A DNA stretch of 64,000 nucleotides from contig OZ244057.1 in the NCBI GenBank assembly GCA_965215515.1, positions 480,001 through 544,000 on the forward strand, given 5' to 3'. Both the position numbers and the translations under genes were made by a program. The notes beneath the pieces are model-generated. The model was not told where the DNA came from, searched no databases, and saw only the letters and a list, made by a program, of their open reading frames with translations. Positions 1 to 10,342 of this stretch are shown piece after piece (the first letter of the stretch is position 1; each line of letters opens with the position of its first letter). The DNA comes from Oligoflexales bacterium. Lineage in GTDB: Bacteria; Bdellovibrionota_B; Oligoflexia; Oligoflexales; JAPPIL01.

Positions 1-1029
1 AGACAAGGTCGATATGCCTTGGTTTTCCAAATGCTGCAAAAGATAGAAGAAAAAAACTATCGCCCCTTGGCGGAACTGCTGGTCGAGGGGCAGGAGAACG
101 TGCAGGGTTTTTGGGCTGGTCTGGGGGACTTCGGCAAGAACAGTCTGGACTTGAGAAATGTCGACTACGGCAGCAAATACGTGAAAGGCCTATTCGTCGG
201 CTTCACCATGATCCAGGTGAGCCTGTTTTGGACCCTCGTTGGACGTTCCTTCATTGCCAAAGTGCCTTTTGGCCAAATAGGGCCGCAGTACCTGTATAGT
301 TTCTTTTGGGCAATGTGGGGCTTTGGCTGGCCTTGGATCGCTTTATATTCCGTGGAGCAGTTGCGAGATACGAAACTAGGTATCCGCAACGATCTGTTCA
401 CCCGCGGCAAGGTGCAGCTCAAGCAGGCGCTGACATTTTCCGATGCGGAGGGGCTTAGGGGGGCTTACCGCGATGTTGTCAGCGTCTACCGTGACCTCGC
501 GGCAGCACCGCCTGCCCCCCTGCTCAGGGAGGTGCGTGCCGTCGAGAAAGATCTGCAGGTGGGCGACGCGGAGCAACTCCCCGCGGAAGCGTTGTACCCC
601 TACCTGGGGCTGCTAGTGCGCATGCAAAACGCCGCCTCTACGGCTACCAAGCGGGACATTTATCGTCAGATCGTGACTTATATCGAAGACCCGCAGCAGA
701 AATATGTGGTAAGTACAGCGGATGCCGAGCAACTGCTGCAGTTCTTGATGGCTACACCGCCGTTTCCTACCCACCTGAATCAGGAGGTAGGATTTCTCGC
801 GATCGCGGCGGTGGCGATAGTGACCACCGTGTGGGGATCGACGTTTATGCGTAAAACCTATGGCAGAAATGTCAGCAACTGGCGCGGCGTGGTCCCCTGG
901 GTGGGAGGCGGTATCGCCATGTATGCTCTCATCTGGTCATTGACCAGCAAAGGCAACGTGCGCAAGGTGGTCGATTTCGTGCGGGAAGATGTTCTCGGCT
1001 ACCCAGAGTCGCGGGCGGAAGAGTACTGA
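1..1029 (+). CDS. Hypothetical multi-pass membrane protein, 5' end probably outside the window
   Basis: Frame is open from base 1; several hydrophobic segments (e.g. YLYSFFWAMWGFGWPWIALY, FLAIAAVAIVTTVWG, VVPWVGGGIAMYALIW); no family recognised. Confidence 0.7.
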   Translation, partial: RQGRYALVFQMLQKIEEKNYRPLAELLVEGQENVQGFWAGLGDFGKNSLDLRNVDYGSKYVKGLFVGFTMIQVSLFWTLVGRSFIAKVPFGQIGPQYLYSFFWAMWGFGWPWIALYSVEQLRDTKLGIRNDLFTRGKVQLKQALTFSDAEGLRGAYRDVVSVYRDLAAAPPAPLLREVRAVEKDLQVGDAEQLPAEALYPYLGLLVRMQNAASTATKRDIYRQIVTYIEDPQQKYVVSTADAEQLLQFLMATPPFPTHLNQEVGFLAIAAVAIVTTVWGSTFMRKTYGRNVSNWRGVVPWVGGGIAMYALIWSLTSKGNVRKVVDFVREDVLGYPESRAEEY

Positions 1030-1072
1030 GATGTTTTTATCATCCGATAGCTGTTAGATTTTGACGGGAATT

Positions 1073-1921
1073 TCAGGACGCACGTGCCAACAGGTCGGCA
1101 AAAAAGCGCGGGAGATGAAAGGAACTGGTCATCAGTTCCGCGGTCAGGTAACGCAGACGAGGGGAGACAGTCTGAAAACGTTCCCGCACAAAGTTCGCGG
1201 GTGCGAGCGTTGCGTGGGAAGCGAGTGTCCACGACCACAGAGCACGCGGGTAGGTAGGCACTGTGGCAAGATAAGGGTGCACGTGCACAAAAGCTGTCTT
1301 GAGACTGTGGTTGATGCGCTGCAACAACTCAGGCCTTGCCCAAGGCGATTCTGTCTGTGCCACCATGAGTCCGTCGGGGCGTAAGGCACGTGCTGCCGTG
1401 CGGTAGAATTCTGGGGTAAACAGACAGAGACCAGGCCCCACTGGGTCGGTGGAATCGACGATAACAACATCATAGCTGGCAGGTGCACAGCGCGCGAGAA
1501 ACTGCAACCCGTCGGCAATTTCTATTTTCACCCTCTCATCCTGTAGACCCTCCGTCAGCGCGGGAAAGTGCTGTTGGCAGACTTCGAGCACCGCGCCGTC
1601 TATTTCGCACAAGGTCACGGTGTTTATTTCTGGGTAACGCACCACTTCTCGCACTACACCGCCGTCACCGCCACCGATGACCAGCACGTCCCGCGGGGAT
1701 GGGTGATTGCAGAGCGGCACATGTGCTATCATCTCTCGGTAGACAAACTCGTCCCTCTCGGTGATCATGACGATGTCATCGAGCAGCAAAATTTTCCCAT
1801 AGGCAAGCGAAGTGACCACCTTGATGTCTTGAAAGCTGGACTTCACATGCGCCAGCTTAGCGCCGAGCGCATAACCATAGCGCAACTGCCCGTCTTCTTC
1901 CTCGTAAAGCCAGTCGCTCAC
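1073..1921 (-). CDS. speE: Polyamine aminopropyltransferase (spermidine synthase)
   Basis: Motifs SSFQDI, YREMIAH, VLVIGGGDGG, CEIDGAV, IVDSTDP, QTESPW. Confidence 0.95.
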   Translation of the reverse strand: MSDWLYEEEDGQLRYGYALGAKLAHVKSSFQDIKVVTSLAYGKILLLDDIVMITERDEFVYREMIAHVPLCNHPSPRDVLVIGGGDGGVVREVVRYPEINTVTLCEIDGAVLEVCQQHFPALTEGLQDERVKIEIADGLQFLARCAPASYDVVIVDSTDPVGPGLCLFTPEFYRTAARALRPDGLMVAQTESPWARPELLQRINHSLKTAFVHVHPYLATVPTYPRALWSWTLASHATLAPANFVRERFQTVSPRLRYLTAELMTSSFHLPRFFADLLARAS

Positions 1922-2451
1922 TTGTTGCCCTTCTCCTGATTGCGCACGTATTCCAGAAATGCGGCACGGTCTTCCAGCAGTGCTGTGCCCTTCTCGGCAC
2001 GGTTGCCCCTGTTGAACCCACGCCTGCCTTTTTGCTCACGGAAGCGATTCTTCTGGTTAAAATTCTGCGCACGGCCGCCACGCATCGTCGACTTACGCTC
2101 CATAATTTCCCACGCCCGCAATACCAGCCCCTCGGCAACCAACTCGCAGAGCAACTCCTCAGGCGAAACCCCCTCGTCCGCGGCTTTCTGCTGTACCTTG
2201 CGCGCCAGCGCCTTCGACATCGGCAACTTGAAGACATGTGTGGAACTACCCCCCGCCACACCTCGCTCCGCTTCGCTTCGCCAGGCTTTTTTGCCGCTTT
2301 CTTGCTCCGCTTCGCTTCGCCAGGCTTTTTTGCCGCTTTCTTGCTCCTTGCCGCTTTCTCGCTCCGCTTCGCTTCGCCAGGCTTTTTTGCCGCTTTCTTG
2401 CTCCTTGCCGCTTTCTCGCTCCGCTCCAATTTCAGTAACTGGCTTTACCAT
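1918..2451 (-). CDS. Small protein with ribbon-helix-helix-like core and an N-terminal repeat insertion; overlaps the speE start
   Basis: FKLPMSKALARKVQQKAADEGVSPEELLCELV resembles a strand-helix-helix RHH; 4-nt overlap with speE; GAGGGA RBS-like sequence upstream; N-terminus is repeated [13 protein letters not shown]. Confidence 0.7.
   Translation of the reverse strand: MVKPVTEIGAERESGKEQESGKKAWRSEAERESGKEQESGKKAWRSEAEQESGKKAWRSEAERGVAGGSSTHVFKLPMSKALARKVQQKAADEGVSPEELLCELVAEGLVLRAWEIMERKSTMRGGRAQNFNQKNRFREQKGRRGFNRGNRAEKGTALLEDRAAFLEYVRNQEKGNK
2265..2417. repeat. Composite in-frame tandem repeat: 39-bp unit x3 and 18-bp unit x2 (order A-A-B-A-B)
   Basis: A=gctccgcttcgcttcgccaggcttttttgccgctttctt at 2265, 2304, 2361; B=gctccttgccgctttctc at 2343, 2400. 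Confidence 0.95.
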
Positions 2452-2612
2452 CGCGTCTTTTCCCTCTGTAAGTGCGGTGAATGTGAAAACTATCCCAAAA
2501 TCCAGCTGAGCAGGCAGCGGAAATTCTCTAAAAGGCCTAGTCAGGGGCGAAGCAGCCCTTTACTCCAATATAACCCCGATCACGCGCGAACGAAAGAACT
2601 CACGGCAGATTT

Positions 2613-4247
2613 TCAACCAAAAACACCCAGCTCTTCGACCGTCCCCGTCCTTTGCCAAGAAGAAGGGTGGGCGATCATAAAGGAAATGAGACGCGGACGC
2701 AAATGATTTTCGAAAATACTGGCCTGCATGTGCTTTTTTACCTCCATGATGGACTGCCGTGTTTCTGGCGATAGCGAGGCAAAATAACTCCGTTCCAGCT
2801 GGTTATACTCGGCTCGTGAGCGGTTTACAATCTTGTGTAGTTCGAGGGCGGCGATTTTGCGCAAGTGTTCTCCCTCTGTCGGCTCTGCTTTGGGTCGTAG
2901 TGTTGCCGTGGCCGCGGCGGGTCGTGAGGATGGAGGTGTAGCTGTCGCCGTCGTGCTGGGCACCGTGGCGGTAGCACTGCTGACCAAGCAAGCTTGCGGG
3001 GTGCTGCGCAATTCCTGTGCAAAGCTGGGGTTTTCCTTGATCCAGGCGCGGAAATTGGCAAAACGTGTGTGCAGTGGCACAGAGGTTTCCGCCTCCAAAG
3101 CAGTGCTGACCGTACTGGGCACAAGCGCGCTCGGCAACGGCAACGTGGGTAACATACGCCGCAACGACCACTCGAAGAACAGTGCCACATCGAGCAGCGG
3201 ACAACCGTCCGTGAACATCGTCACCACACCCACGTCTTCCTGTGCATCCAGACGGCTGAGCATTGCCGCAAAGCTGTGCAGCAACTTCTGATGCCGTTGG
3301 CGGCGATCGGGAACGAGCAAAGCTAACAGTGCTGCTAGTGTCTGGGGTAACTGCCGTGTGCAGAGGTTGGCACAGACAGCCTGCCGCCACGCGTGACAGT
3401 TCTGCCGCACGGTCGGAAAACGCGCCAACGTCCACAACAACTGCGCTTCTCGCCGCTGCTCGGCATCGAGAAAAACAGCCCGTGGGGCAGAATGCGGCAA
3501 CAGGCAACCGTGTTCGATAAGTTTCTTCCCCAGCGCTGTCAACAAACGAAACAACTCATTTTCACCGCTCGCCAGTCCCGCTCGACAGACGGATAAACTT
3601 TGACACAGGGTGTGCTCCAAATTCAGCCAGTTGCCTTGCTGTTGTGCCGCAGTCTCAAGACGCAAATAAAGCAGTTGCTCCGCGCCCTGCACATCGAGCC
3701 ACACCGATTTCCACAGGTGCAGGGGGGCGGTGGCACACAGGACGCGCAGCTGTAATCCCTGCCGTGCCCTGCGCACAAAATCCGCATACGGCTCGCAGTA
3801 TCCCAGCAATAGCTCACGCCCCCAGCTTGACAACCGTAGCTCGACACTAATCCCCTCCGCACGGTTATGCCAAGTCTCGTCCGCGAACAACGGCCAAGCC
3901 TGCGCCTTGCCCGCCTCCTGCTCCTGCAAGAGGCGAAAGGAACGCAGTTCGTGCAGCAACAGCTGTGCTTGGATGCGTTGGCGACGCGTAAGAAGCTGCA
4001 GCTCGTTATAAACGTGCGGCAAAAAGATGACGATGCCGTCTCGCGTGTCCCGCAACAACTGATGCTGCATGATAGCGACGATCTGGCTGCCCAACTTCAG
4101 TTGCAAAGGTCTCAAGTAAGGGAGAAACTTTACCGTGCTGACGTAAGTGTCGGGATCAGCCCCCGCAATATCCGACACGCTGGCACGGTCGAACATCTCT
4201 ACCCACCAATGAGGCAAGAAGAAAGAGGTGGTGGGGGGTAAACTCAC
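2613..4247 (-). CDS. Hypothetical protein, possibly with a winged-helix replication-initiator-like N-terminal region
   Basis: 544-aa ORF directly after the beta-barrel gene; Thr/Ala/Pro linker before a helical C-terminal domain; the Rep-like resemblance is only an impression. Confidence 0.6.
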   Translation of the reverse strand: MSLPPTTSFFLPHWWVEMFDRASVSDIAGADPDTYVSTVKFLPYLRPLQLKLGSQIVAIMQHQLLRDTRDGIVIFLPHVYNELQLLTRRQRIQAQLLLHELRSFRLLQEQEAGKAQAWPLFADETWHNRAEGISVELRLSSWGRELLLGYCEPYADFVRRARQGLQLRVLCATAPLHLWKSVWLDVQGAEQLLYLRLETAAQQQGNWLNLEHTLCQSLSVCRAGLASGENELFRLLTALGKKLIEHGCLLPHSAPRAVFLDAEQRREAQLLWTLARFPTVRQNCHAWRQAVCANLCTRQLPQTLAALLALLVPDRRQRHQKLLHSFAAMLSRLDAQEDVGVVTMFTDGCPLLDVALFFEWSLRRMLPTLPLPSALVPSTVSTALEAETSVPLHTRFANFRAWIKENPSFAQELRSTPQACLVSSATATVPSTTATATPPSSRPAAATATLRPKAEPTEGEHLRKIAALELHKIVNRSRAEYNQLERSYFASLSPETRQSIMEVKKHMQASIFENHLRPRLISFMIAHPSSWQRTGTVEELGVFG

Positions 4248-4253
4248 AGCACG

Positions 4254-4898
4254 CTACAGCAAATGATAGTTGACCCCGAGGCTAACACGCCAACCATGCC
4301 GCTGCAAATCCGCCACCCGCGCACTGTGTTTGCGCCGCAATCTATGACGCAGCGTGCTGAGTGCGACGGCGGCGACGAAAGCCGTGTGCAAGCTGAAGTA
4401 GTGTTCCACCGTCAGGACACCCGCATAGGTAGCGAGACTAAAATCAGGCAACAACCCCCCCGCGGCAGGCAGATTAGGCAGACGTTCGAGGAAAACCTCC
4501 ATCCCCAGCAACGCCTGCCAACGTGCATCGAGATACCACAGCATACCCGCCACCACCCCAGGCATCAGTAGGGCATAGAAATTGCGGCGCAGCGCGGGGA
4601 AAGCGTAGCGGAAACCGAGACGAGTGCCGAGATAGTAACCCAAATTTTTTGTCAGCTGTAGCTGAAAACGATAGACGAAGTGCGCCATCACGCTACGATC
4701 CCTGAATTCATCGCCCTCGCGCAGTCGCCACGCGTGACTACCAAAGGAGAAAAGCAGCGAAAACTGGTTGTCTTTTCGGAAACCGTAAATATATTTGGAC
4801 GCATCGTCCGCTGAAACTGCGGCTAACGAGCCAGTCCACATCAGCAAACAGAGGAACACTGCGATGATCGCCCCGCTGTTAGCAACTTTTTTCGCCAT
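4254..4898 (-). CDS. Putative outer-membrane beta-barrel protein
   Basis: Start ATG 4898 with GGAG RBS; signal peptide MAKKVANSGAIIAVFLCLLMWTGSLAA; alternating beta-strand patterns; C-terminus WRVSLGVNYHLL. Confidence 0.65.
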   Translation of the reverse strand: MAKKVANSGAIIAVFLCLLMWTGSLAAVSADDASKYIYGFRKDNQFSLLFSFGSHAWRLREGDEFRDRSVMAHFVYRFQLQLTKNLGYYLGTRLGFRYAFPALRRNFYALLMPGVVAGMLWYLDARWQALLGMEVFLERLPNLPAAGGLLPDFSLATYAGVLTVEHYFSLHTAFVAAVALSTLRHRLRRKHSARVADLQRHGWRVSLGVNYHLL

Positions 4899-5946
4899 CT
4901 TGCTTTTCTCCACCGTCGCCACCTTCGCACTTATCTCGGCTATCAACCGCGCTCCGCGCGAGCATAGCAGATCTACCACGGAAATTGCAGCACCTGTTGC
5001 CTCCACTCTACCCGCGTCACCTACCACCGCGGCATCACCTGCCAGGGCCTGGACTGCACGTCTGCACACAGGTCTGCAAAAAACCCGTGCCGCTCTGCTC
5101 AACAACATCGGCACGCTGCTCAAGGGACAAGTCAAACTCGATGCTGCACTGCTCGACGAGATGCACGCGACCCTTTACCGTGCCGACACAGGCAACAAGG
5201 TTGCTGAGCTGCTGGTCGATGCTTGTCGGCAACGGTTGCAAGACAAGGAAGCCTCTTTCGCTGAGGTGAAAAAAATTTTGCAAGCCGAAGCTGCCCGCCT
5301 GCTTTCCGTGCCTGTAGTAGAGCAGAACGAGGACAAGAAACGCGCCATCTTGATTGTGGGAGTCAACGGGGTAGGCAAGACCACGACAATCGGTAAACTT
5401 GCCCAGCACTATCTCGCTGAGCAACAGAAGGTTTTGTTGTGCGCGGCGGATACTTTCCGAGCCGCGGCCATCGAACAGTTGCAGATTTGGGCGACGCGTC
5501 TCGGCGTACCACTGGTCAAGCACCGACAAGGGGCAGATCCTGGAGCGGTAGTCTTCGATGCCATACAAGCCGCACGCCGTCGTGAGACAGATATTCTGCT
5601 CATCGACACTGCTGGACGCTTGCACAATAAGGACAATCTGATGGCGGAGTTGCAAAAAATAAAAAAAATCGCCAGCAAGAATTCCGACCTGTTTGCCTTA
5701 GAAACCTGGCTTGTGCTCGATGCTACTACGGGACAAAACGCCCTGCAGCAGGTAAACTCCTTCCTCGCCCTGGTGCAAATCTCTGGCATCATCGTCACTA
5801 AACTCGACGGCACGGCGAAGGGCGGCGTGCTGCTCGGTATTTGTGCACAACACAAAATTCCCGTGCGTTTCATCGGTATCGGCGAAAAAGCCACCGACCT
5901 TCGTCCTTGCAACGCAGAGGAAGTAGCCGCCTCGATGTTCAGTTAG
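4864..5946 (+). CDS. ftsY: Signal recognition particle receptor FtsY with N-terminal hydrophobic anchor
   Basis: GVNGVGKTTT, DTFRAAAIEQL, DTAGR, DATTGQN, TKLDGTAKGG, GIGEK; GAGGA RBS before ATG 4864. Confidence 0.95.
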   Translation: MIAPLLATFFAILLFSTVATFALISAINRAPREHSRSTTEIAAPVASTLPASPTTAASPARAWTARLHTGLQKTRAALLNNIGTLLKGQVKLDAALLDEMHATLYRADTGNKVAELLVDACRQRLQDKEASFAEVKKILQAEAARLLSVPVVEQNEDKKRAILIVGVNGVGKTTTIGKLAQHYLAEQQKVLLCAADTFRAAAIEQLQIWATRLGVPLVKHRQGADPGAVVFDAIQAARRRETDILLIDTAGRLHNKDNLMAELQKIKKIASKNSDLFALETWLVLDATTGQNALQQVNSFLALVQISGIIVTKLDGTAKGGVLLGICAQHKIPVRFIGIGEKATDLRPCNAEEVAASMFS

Positions 5947-6041
5947 GGCAGTTTGCGCAACAGAAAACTTGTACGTGATTGTTAGAAACCGATGCAGAAG
6001 TTGACATTGAATACTGGCACACATTCTGCTAGCCTCGCGGC

Positions 6042-6917
6042 ATGAATGATGACGCAAGGCAAGACCATAACGGCAGCACATTGCCGATGGTCATCTCGTT
6101 ACGCGGCGACGAGAAAGAGTTTACCCTCACCGCCGAAGACGTGATGGCAGCACTGGACATCAAACGTTCACGCCTAACCCAAATATCTGGGCGTGAACTG
6201 CGCGTCGGCAGACGGCGAGTCGATCGTTACCTCAAACCCTTCTACCGCCCCGCCGATGTGCATGCTTATCAAGAACTTACCCGCGCGGCCCTGACACGGC
6301 AACGGTCGGCCGCCGCAGTCAGTTCCGTCGCTGACGATATCGAGACACGCCACAAAAACTTACTACAAGAAACAACTACCCAACTGCGTACCGCACTGAC
6401 TGACACCAGCCGTACCCTACAAAAAAACCTCCGTGACTTGCTGATCAGTAGCCACACCAAAACACGCCAGCTAACCACCGCGAGCAACCTCCTCCAAAAA
6501 AATAAAATCCTGCGCGGCATAGAAACCTTAGCCCGTCATGGATACAAACTACTAGCTGCGTTTGAGCAGCAGAGCACGGCCCTGCACGACCGTGCCGTGC
6601 AGCAGATACAGGAACTTCTGCACACCCAACACACCCACACCCTACAAACAATACGCGACAACACCTCCAGCCAGCGCGACACACTCGCAGCTAGCGACGC
6701 GGCACACACCGCGCAGCTGCTCACCCTCCAGCAAAGCAGCGAGGACATCGCACGACAGCTGCGCGACCTAAACACACGACAAAAACACCAACTACATGCC
6801 CTCCACAGACTAGTGACCACACAATTACGCACGCTGGAACACACCACCACCCGAGAACTGCAAGCTCTACACCGCACCACCTCCCCCGTGCGCGTGTGGT
6901 CTTCCACACCCCCTTAG
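6042..6917 (+). CDS. Hypothetical protein: N-terminal HTH-like region plus long Gln/Thr/Leu-rich coiled coil
   Basis: LTAEDVMAALDIKRSRLTQI resembles a MerR/excisionase-type HTH; heptad-rich remainder; TTGACA at 6001-6006 upstream. Confidence 0.65.
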   Translation: MNDDARQDHNGSTLPMVISLRGDEKEFTLTAEDVMAALDIKRSRLTQISGRELRVGRRRVDRYLKPFYRPADVHAYQELTRAALTRQRSAAAVSSVADDIETRHKNLLQETTTQLRTALTDTSRTLQKNLRDLLISSHTKTRQLTTASNLLQKNKILRGIETLARHGYKLLAAFEQQSTALHDRAVQQIQELLHTQHTHTLQTIRDNTSSQRDTLAASDAAHTAQLLTLQQSSEDIARQLRDLNTRQKHQLHALHRLVTTQLRTLEHTTTRELQALHRTTSPVRVWSSTPP

Positions 6918-6927
6918 CCGCATCGCG

Positions 6928-7668
6928 CTAGTCAAACAATGCCTTGAGGTAGTTACGGTTGAGCTGAGCGATGAAGTTGACGGATATCTCCTTGGGACAC
7001 ACCGCCTCACACTCCTGCTGGTTGGTACACGCCCCGAAACCCTCGGCATCCATCGCCGCGACCATGTTGCGTACCCGCACAGCGTTTTCCACCCGCCCCT
7101 GCGGCAACATACGCAAATGCCCGACCTTCGCCGCGACGAACAACAGCGCGGAGGAGTTTTTGCAAGCTGCCGCACACGCCCCACAACCGATACATTGTGC
7201 GGCATCCATCGCGGTCTCGGCATCCTGCTGCGCGATCGGCATAACATTGGCATCAGGAGCACTGCCCGTGTTGCACGAAACATACCCCCCCGCCGCAATG
7301 ATGCGATCAAAAGCACGTCGATCGACAACCAGATCTTTAACAAGAGGAAAGGCTCGCACACGCCACGGCTCGACATAGATATCAGCACCATCACGAAAAT
7401 TACGCATCATCAGCTGACACGTAGTCACGCCCCGCCCCACCCCGTGTGCCACACCGTCGATAACCAACGAACACGCACCGCAAATACCCTCGCGACAATC
7501 GTGATCGAAAGCAATCGGCTCCTCCCCCTTCTCGGTCAACCCCTCGTTAAGTAGGTCAAGCATTTCCAAAAAAGAGACATCACCACCAATATCACGCACT
7601 TCGTAAACAACCAGCCGCCCCTCAGCCTGTGCATGCCGCTGCCGCCAGATATGCAGTTTGAAATTCAC
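6928..7668 (-). CDS. sdhB: Succinate dehydrogenase/fumarate reductase iron-sulfur subunit
   Basis: [10 protein letters not shown] 2Fe-2S motif, [24 protein letters not shown]. Confidence 0.95.
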   Translation of the reverse strand: MNFKLHIWRQRHAQAEGRLVVYEVRDIGGDVSFLEMLDLLNEGLTEKGEEPIAFDHDCREGICGACSLVIDGVAHGVGRGVTTCQLMMRNFRDGADIYVEPWRVRAFPLVKDLVVDRRAFDRIIAAGGYVSCNTGSAPDANVMPIAQQDAETAMDAAQCIGCGACAAACKNSSALLFVAAKVGHLRMLPQGRVENAVRVRNMVAAMDAEGFGACTNQQECEAVCPKEISVNFIAQLNRNYLKALFD

Positions 7669-9575
7669 TTGTAACTCCTCTGTGCCAGCGCCACCTGCTC
7701 GAAACGCAGCGGTTCTTTGTGCAACTGCGGCTCACCCGCCGTGCTCTGTTGCCAAACACTGACATGTGCAAACTCGGCATCGTTACGCTGTGCTTCACCC
7801 TCCGCCGTCTGATACTCGGTGCGAAAATGCCCCCCACACGACTCTTCCCGCGCCAACGCATCACGACACATCAACTGCGCAAACTCCAGAAAATCCGCCA
7901 CCCGCCCTGCCTTCTCCAACGCCTGATTGAAAGATGCCGCGCTGCCAGGCACACACAAATTGCGCCGAAATTCCTCTTGTAACTGCGGGATTTCCTGCAG
8001 TGCTCGTCGCAACGACGCGGCATTGCGCGCCATCCCACAGTTGTCCCACATGATTTTGCCCAGTCGGCGATGAAAGTAATCGACACTGCGCTTACCCTTG
8101 CGCTGTAACAACGCCGCGATCGCCTGCTCACACTCTCGTTGCACCTGCGCCGCTCCTTTCTCTGCCGCACGGCGATCGCACGCAGGCACAGCAGCAAGAT
8201 ACTGCCCTAACGTGTAGGGGAGAATAAAATAACCGTCCGCTAACCCTTGCATCAACGCACTAGCACCGAGACGGTTCGCCCCGTGATCAGAAAAATTCGC
8301 CTCCCCGATAACAAACAACCCGTCGAGATTACTCATCAAGTTGTAATCGACCCACAGACCACCCATCGTGTAGTGTGCCGCAGGGAAGATACGCATCGGC
8401 GTGTGATAGGGATCTTCGTTCGTAATCTCCCTATACATGCTAAAAAGATTGCCATAACGTTGAGCGATGACATCTTTGCCCAGCCGCTGTAGTGCGTCAG
8501 CAAAATCAAGATAGACACCCATGCCCGTCATGCCTACGCCGTAACCGTCATCGCATACCTGCAAAGCGGCGCGTGAGGCGATGTCCCGCGGCGCAAGGTT
8601 GCCGTAAGCAGGGTAACGCCGCTCGAGAAAATAATCGCGCTGCGCTGCGGGAATTTCGTGAGGTGCACGACGATCGCCTTTGCAGGCTGGCACCCACACC
8701 CTCCCATCGTTGCGCAACGACTCCGACATTAGAGTCAACTTAGACTGGTGCTCACCGCTGACAGGGATACAAGTCGGATGAATCTGCGTGAAACAGGGAT
8801 TGGCAAACCCCGCCCCGCGTTTGTAAGCACGATACGTGGCGGTAACGTTACAACCCATCGCATTGGTGGAAAGAAAGAACACGTTAGCATAACCACCCGT
8901 CGCCAATACCACCGCGTCGCCATAACAGGTGCGCAACGCTCCGCCGACTAAATCACGCACAACCACGCCACAAGCACGCCCCTCGACCATCACGAGATCG
9001 AGCATTTCATGGCGAGCATGCATAACCACCTTGCCTGCTGCCACCTGCCGTGCCAACGCACCATACGCGCCGAGCAACAACTGTTGTCCCGTCTGGCCGC
9101 GGGCATAGAAGGTGCGTGACACCTGCGCTCCTCCGAAAGAGCGATTGGCCAGCATCCCACCGTACTCACGGGCGAACGGCACACCTTGCGCCACGCACTG
9201 GTCGATGATTGCACCGCTGATTTCCGCCAGACGGTAGACATTAGCCTCCCGTGCCCGAAAATCACCTCCCTTTATGGTATCGTAAAAAAGCCGAAAGACG
9301 CTATCGCCATCGCCCTGATAATTGCGAGCTGCGTTGATGCCTCCCTGTGCGGCGATACTGTGGGCACGGCGCGGGCTGTCTTGAAAACAAAAGCACTCGA
9401 CCGCATACCCCAACTCCGCCAGCGTCGCCGCGGCGGAGCTACCCGCCAAACCGCTGCCGACGACGATAATCTTGAACTTACGCTTGTTGGCAGGCGATAC
9501 CAGCGGCAGCGTGGATTTGTAGTGCTGCCACTTTGTGGCCAGCGCACCGTCAGGAATACGTGCTGCGAGGTTCAT
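7665..9575 (-). CDS. sdhA: Succinate dehydrogenase/fumarate reductase flavoprotein subunit
   Basis: [50 protein letters not shown]; start ATG 9575 overlapping the sdhC stop. Confidence 0.95.
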   Translation of the reverse strand: MNLAARIPDGALATKWQHYKSTLPLVSPANKRKFKIIVVGSGLAGSSAAATLAELGYAVECFCFQDSPRRAHSIAAQGGINAARNYQGDGDSVFRLFYDTIKGGDFRAREANVYRLAEISGAIIDQCVAQGVPFAREYGGMLANRSFGGAQVSRTFYARGQTGQQLLLGAYGALARQVAAGKVVMHARHEMLDLVMVEGRACGVVVRDLVGGALRTCYGDAVVLATGGYANVFFLSTNAMGCNVTATYRAYKRGAGFANPCFTQIHPTCIPVSGEHQSKLTLMSESLRNDGRVWVPACKGDRRAPHEIPAAQRDYFLERRYPAYGNLAPRDIASRAALQVCDDGYGVGMTGMGVYLDFADALQRLGKDVIAQRYGNLFSMYREITNEDPYHTPMRIFPAAHYTMGGLWVDYNLMSNLDGLFVIGEANFSDHGANRLGASALMQGLADGYFILPYTLGQYLAAVPACDRRAAEKGAAQVQRECEQAIAALLQRKGKRSVDYFHRRLGKIMWDNCGMARNAASLRRALQEIPQLQEEFRRNLCVPGSAASFNQALEKAGRVADFLEFAQLMCRDALAREESCGGHFRTEYQTAEGEAQRNDAEFAHVSVWQQSTAGEPQLHKEPLRFEQVALAQRSYK

Positions 9576-10249
9576 GCTACAACACCGAGGTACACCGCCA
9601 GTGGCAAGGACATGTTGCCGAGCATAATCAGCCAAGCCAAAGCACGCCCGCCGCTAGCGACCACCCGCTGGTACTTGTAGCCATTCAACCCCAGCGTTTG
9701 CAGCGACGAACTCAAACCATGTTGCAAGTGCAAGCCGAGAAACAACATGGCCAGCACATAAAAAAAAGTCACGGCAGGATTTTGGAAACCGAGCACTAAC
9801 ATCTGATAGACATCGGTAGCACCGAGTCGGGCGAAACGAGCATCAGTGATCCGCCAAGTAAAGTGTGCCAGATGGTAGAGTACAAACAACAACACGACAC
9901 TGCCCGTCAGCAACATGGTGCGTGAACTGAAACTCGCGGTGCGGTAACTGCGCTTGACATAGCGTCCCCCCGCACGGCGGTTGCGCAGCTGCAAGATAAC
10001 AGCGCAGAGAAGATGCACACACAAACAGATGCACAACAGCACCCGCGCTGGCCACAGCAAATAGGGTGCGTCGTGCAGACTTTGAGCGTAGGCATTGAGC
10101 ACCTCAGGCCCGAAGTAAAGCAGCAGATTGCCAGCCAGATGCGCACAGACAAAACCGCCTAGTGCCAAGCCAGTGACCGCCATCGCGAGCTTCAGTGTCA
10201 CCGATGAAGGGAGAGAAACTGTCGCTACACTTGCCGTACCATTCGCCAT
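9572..10249 (-). CDS. sdhC: Succinate dehydrogenase cytochrome b subunit
   Basis: Five TM helices with heme-ligand-like His (HLAGN, VHL, YHLAHF, LHLQHG..SSLQTLG); first gene of sdhCAB. Confidence 0.9.
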   Translation of the reverse strand: MANGTASVATVSLPSSVTLKLAMAVTGLALGGFVCAHLAGNLLLYFGPEVLNAYAQSLHDAPYLLWPARVLLCICLCVHLLCAVILQLRNRRAGGRYVKRSYRTASFSSRTMLLTGSVVLLFVLYHLAHFTWRITDARFARLGATDVYQMLVLGFQNPAVTFFYVLAMLFLGLHLQHGLSSSLQTLGLNGYKYQRVVASGGRALAWLIMLGNMSLPLAVYLGVVA

Positions 10250-10342
10250 AGGCTCGCGAGCCTATAGCACTGCGGCGAAAAACTCAATCCCGAACCGATG
10301 TGCGTTTGCTGAAAGGTTATTTTGGACTACCTCGAAAGATTG

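Noticed and set aside
2265..2417. CRISPR array
   Set aside because: Repeats are contiguous with no unique spacers, lie in frame in a gene, and no cas genes are present
2531..2562. SRP RNA (ffs), from GTCAGG..GAAGCAGCC near ftsY
   Set aside because: Only 5 nt between CAGG and AGCAG, so the stem and GNRA tetraloop cannot form; no long enclosing helix seen. An Rfam scan would settle it
1857..2706. Alternative ORFs over the repeat (histone-like KKAAKK frame and plus-strand frames)
   Set aside because: By-products of a stop-free repeat; frame 1918-2451 has an RBS, couples to speE and matches the frame used at 28104
4899..5135. Long N-terminal extension of the 4254-5135 ORF
   Set aside because: Antisense to ftsY; a better start with RBS and signal peptide is at 4898
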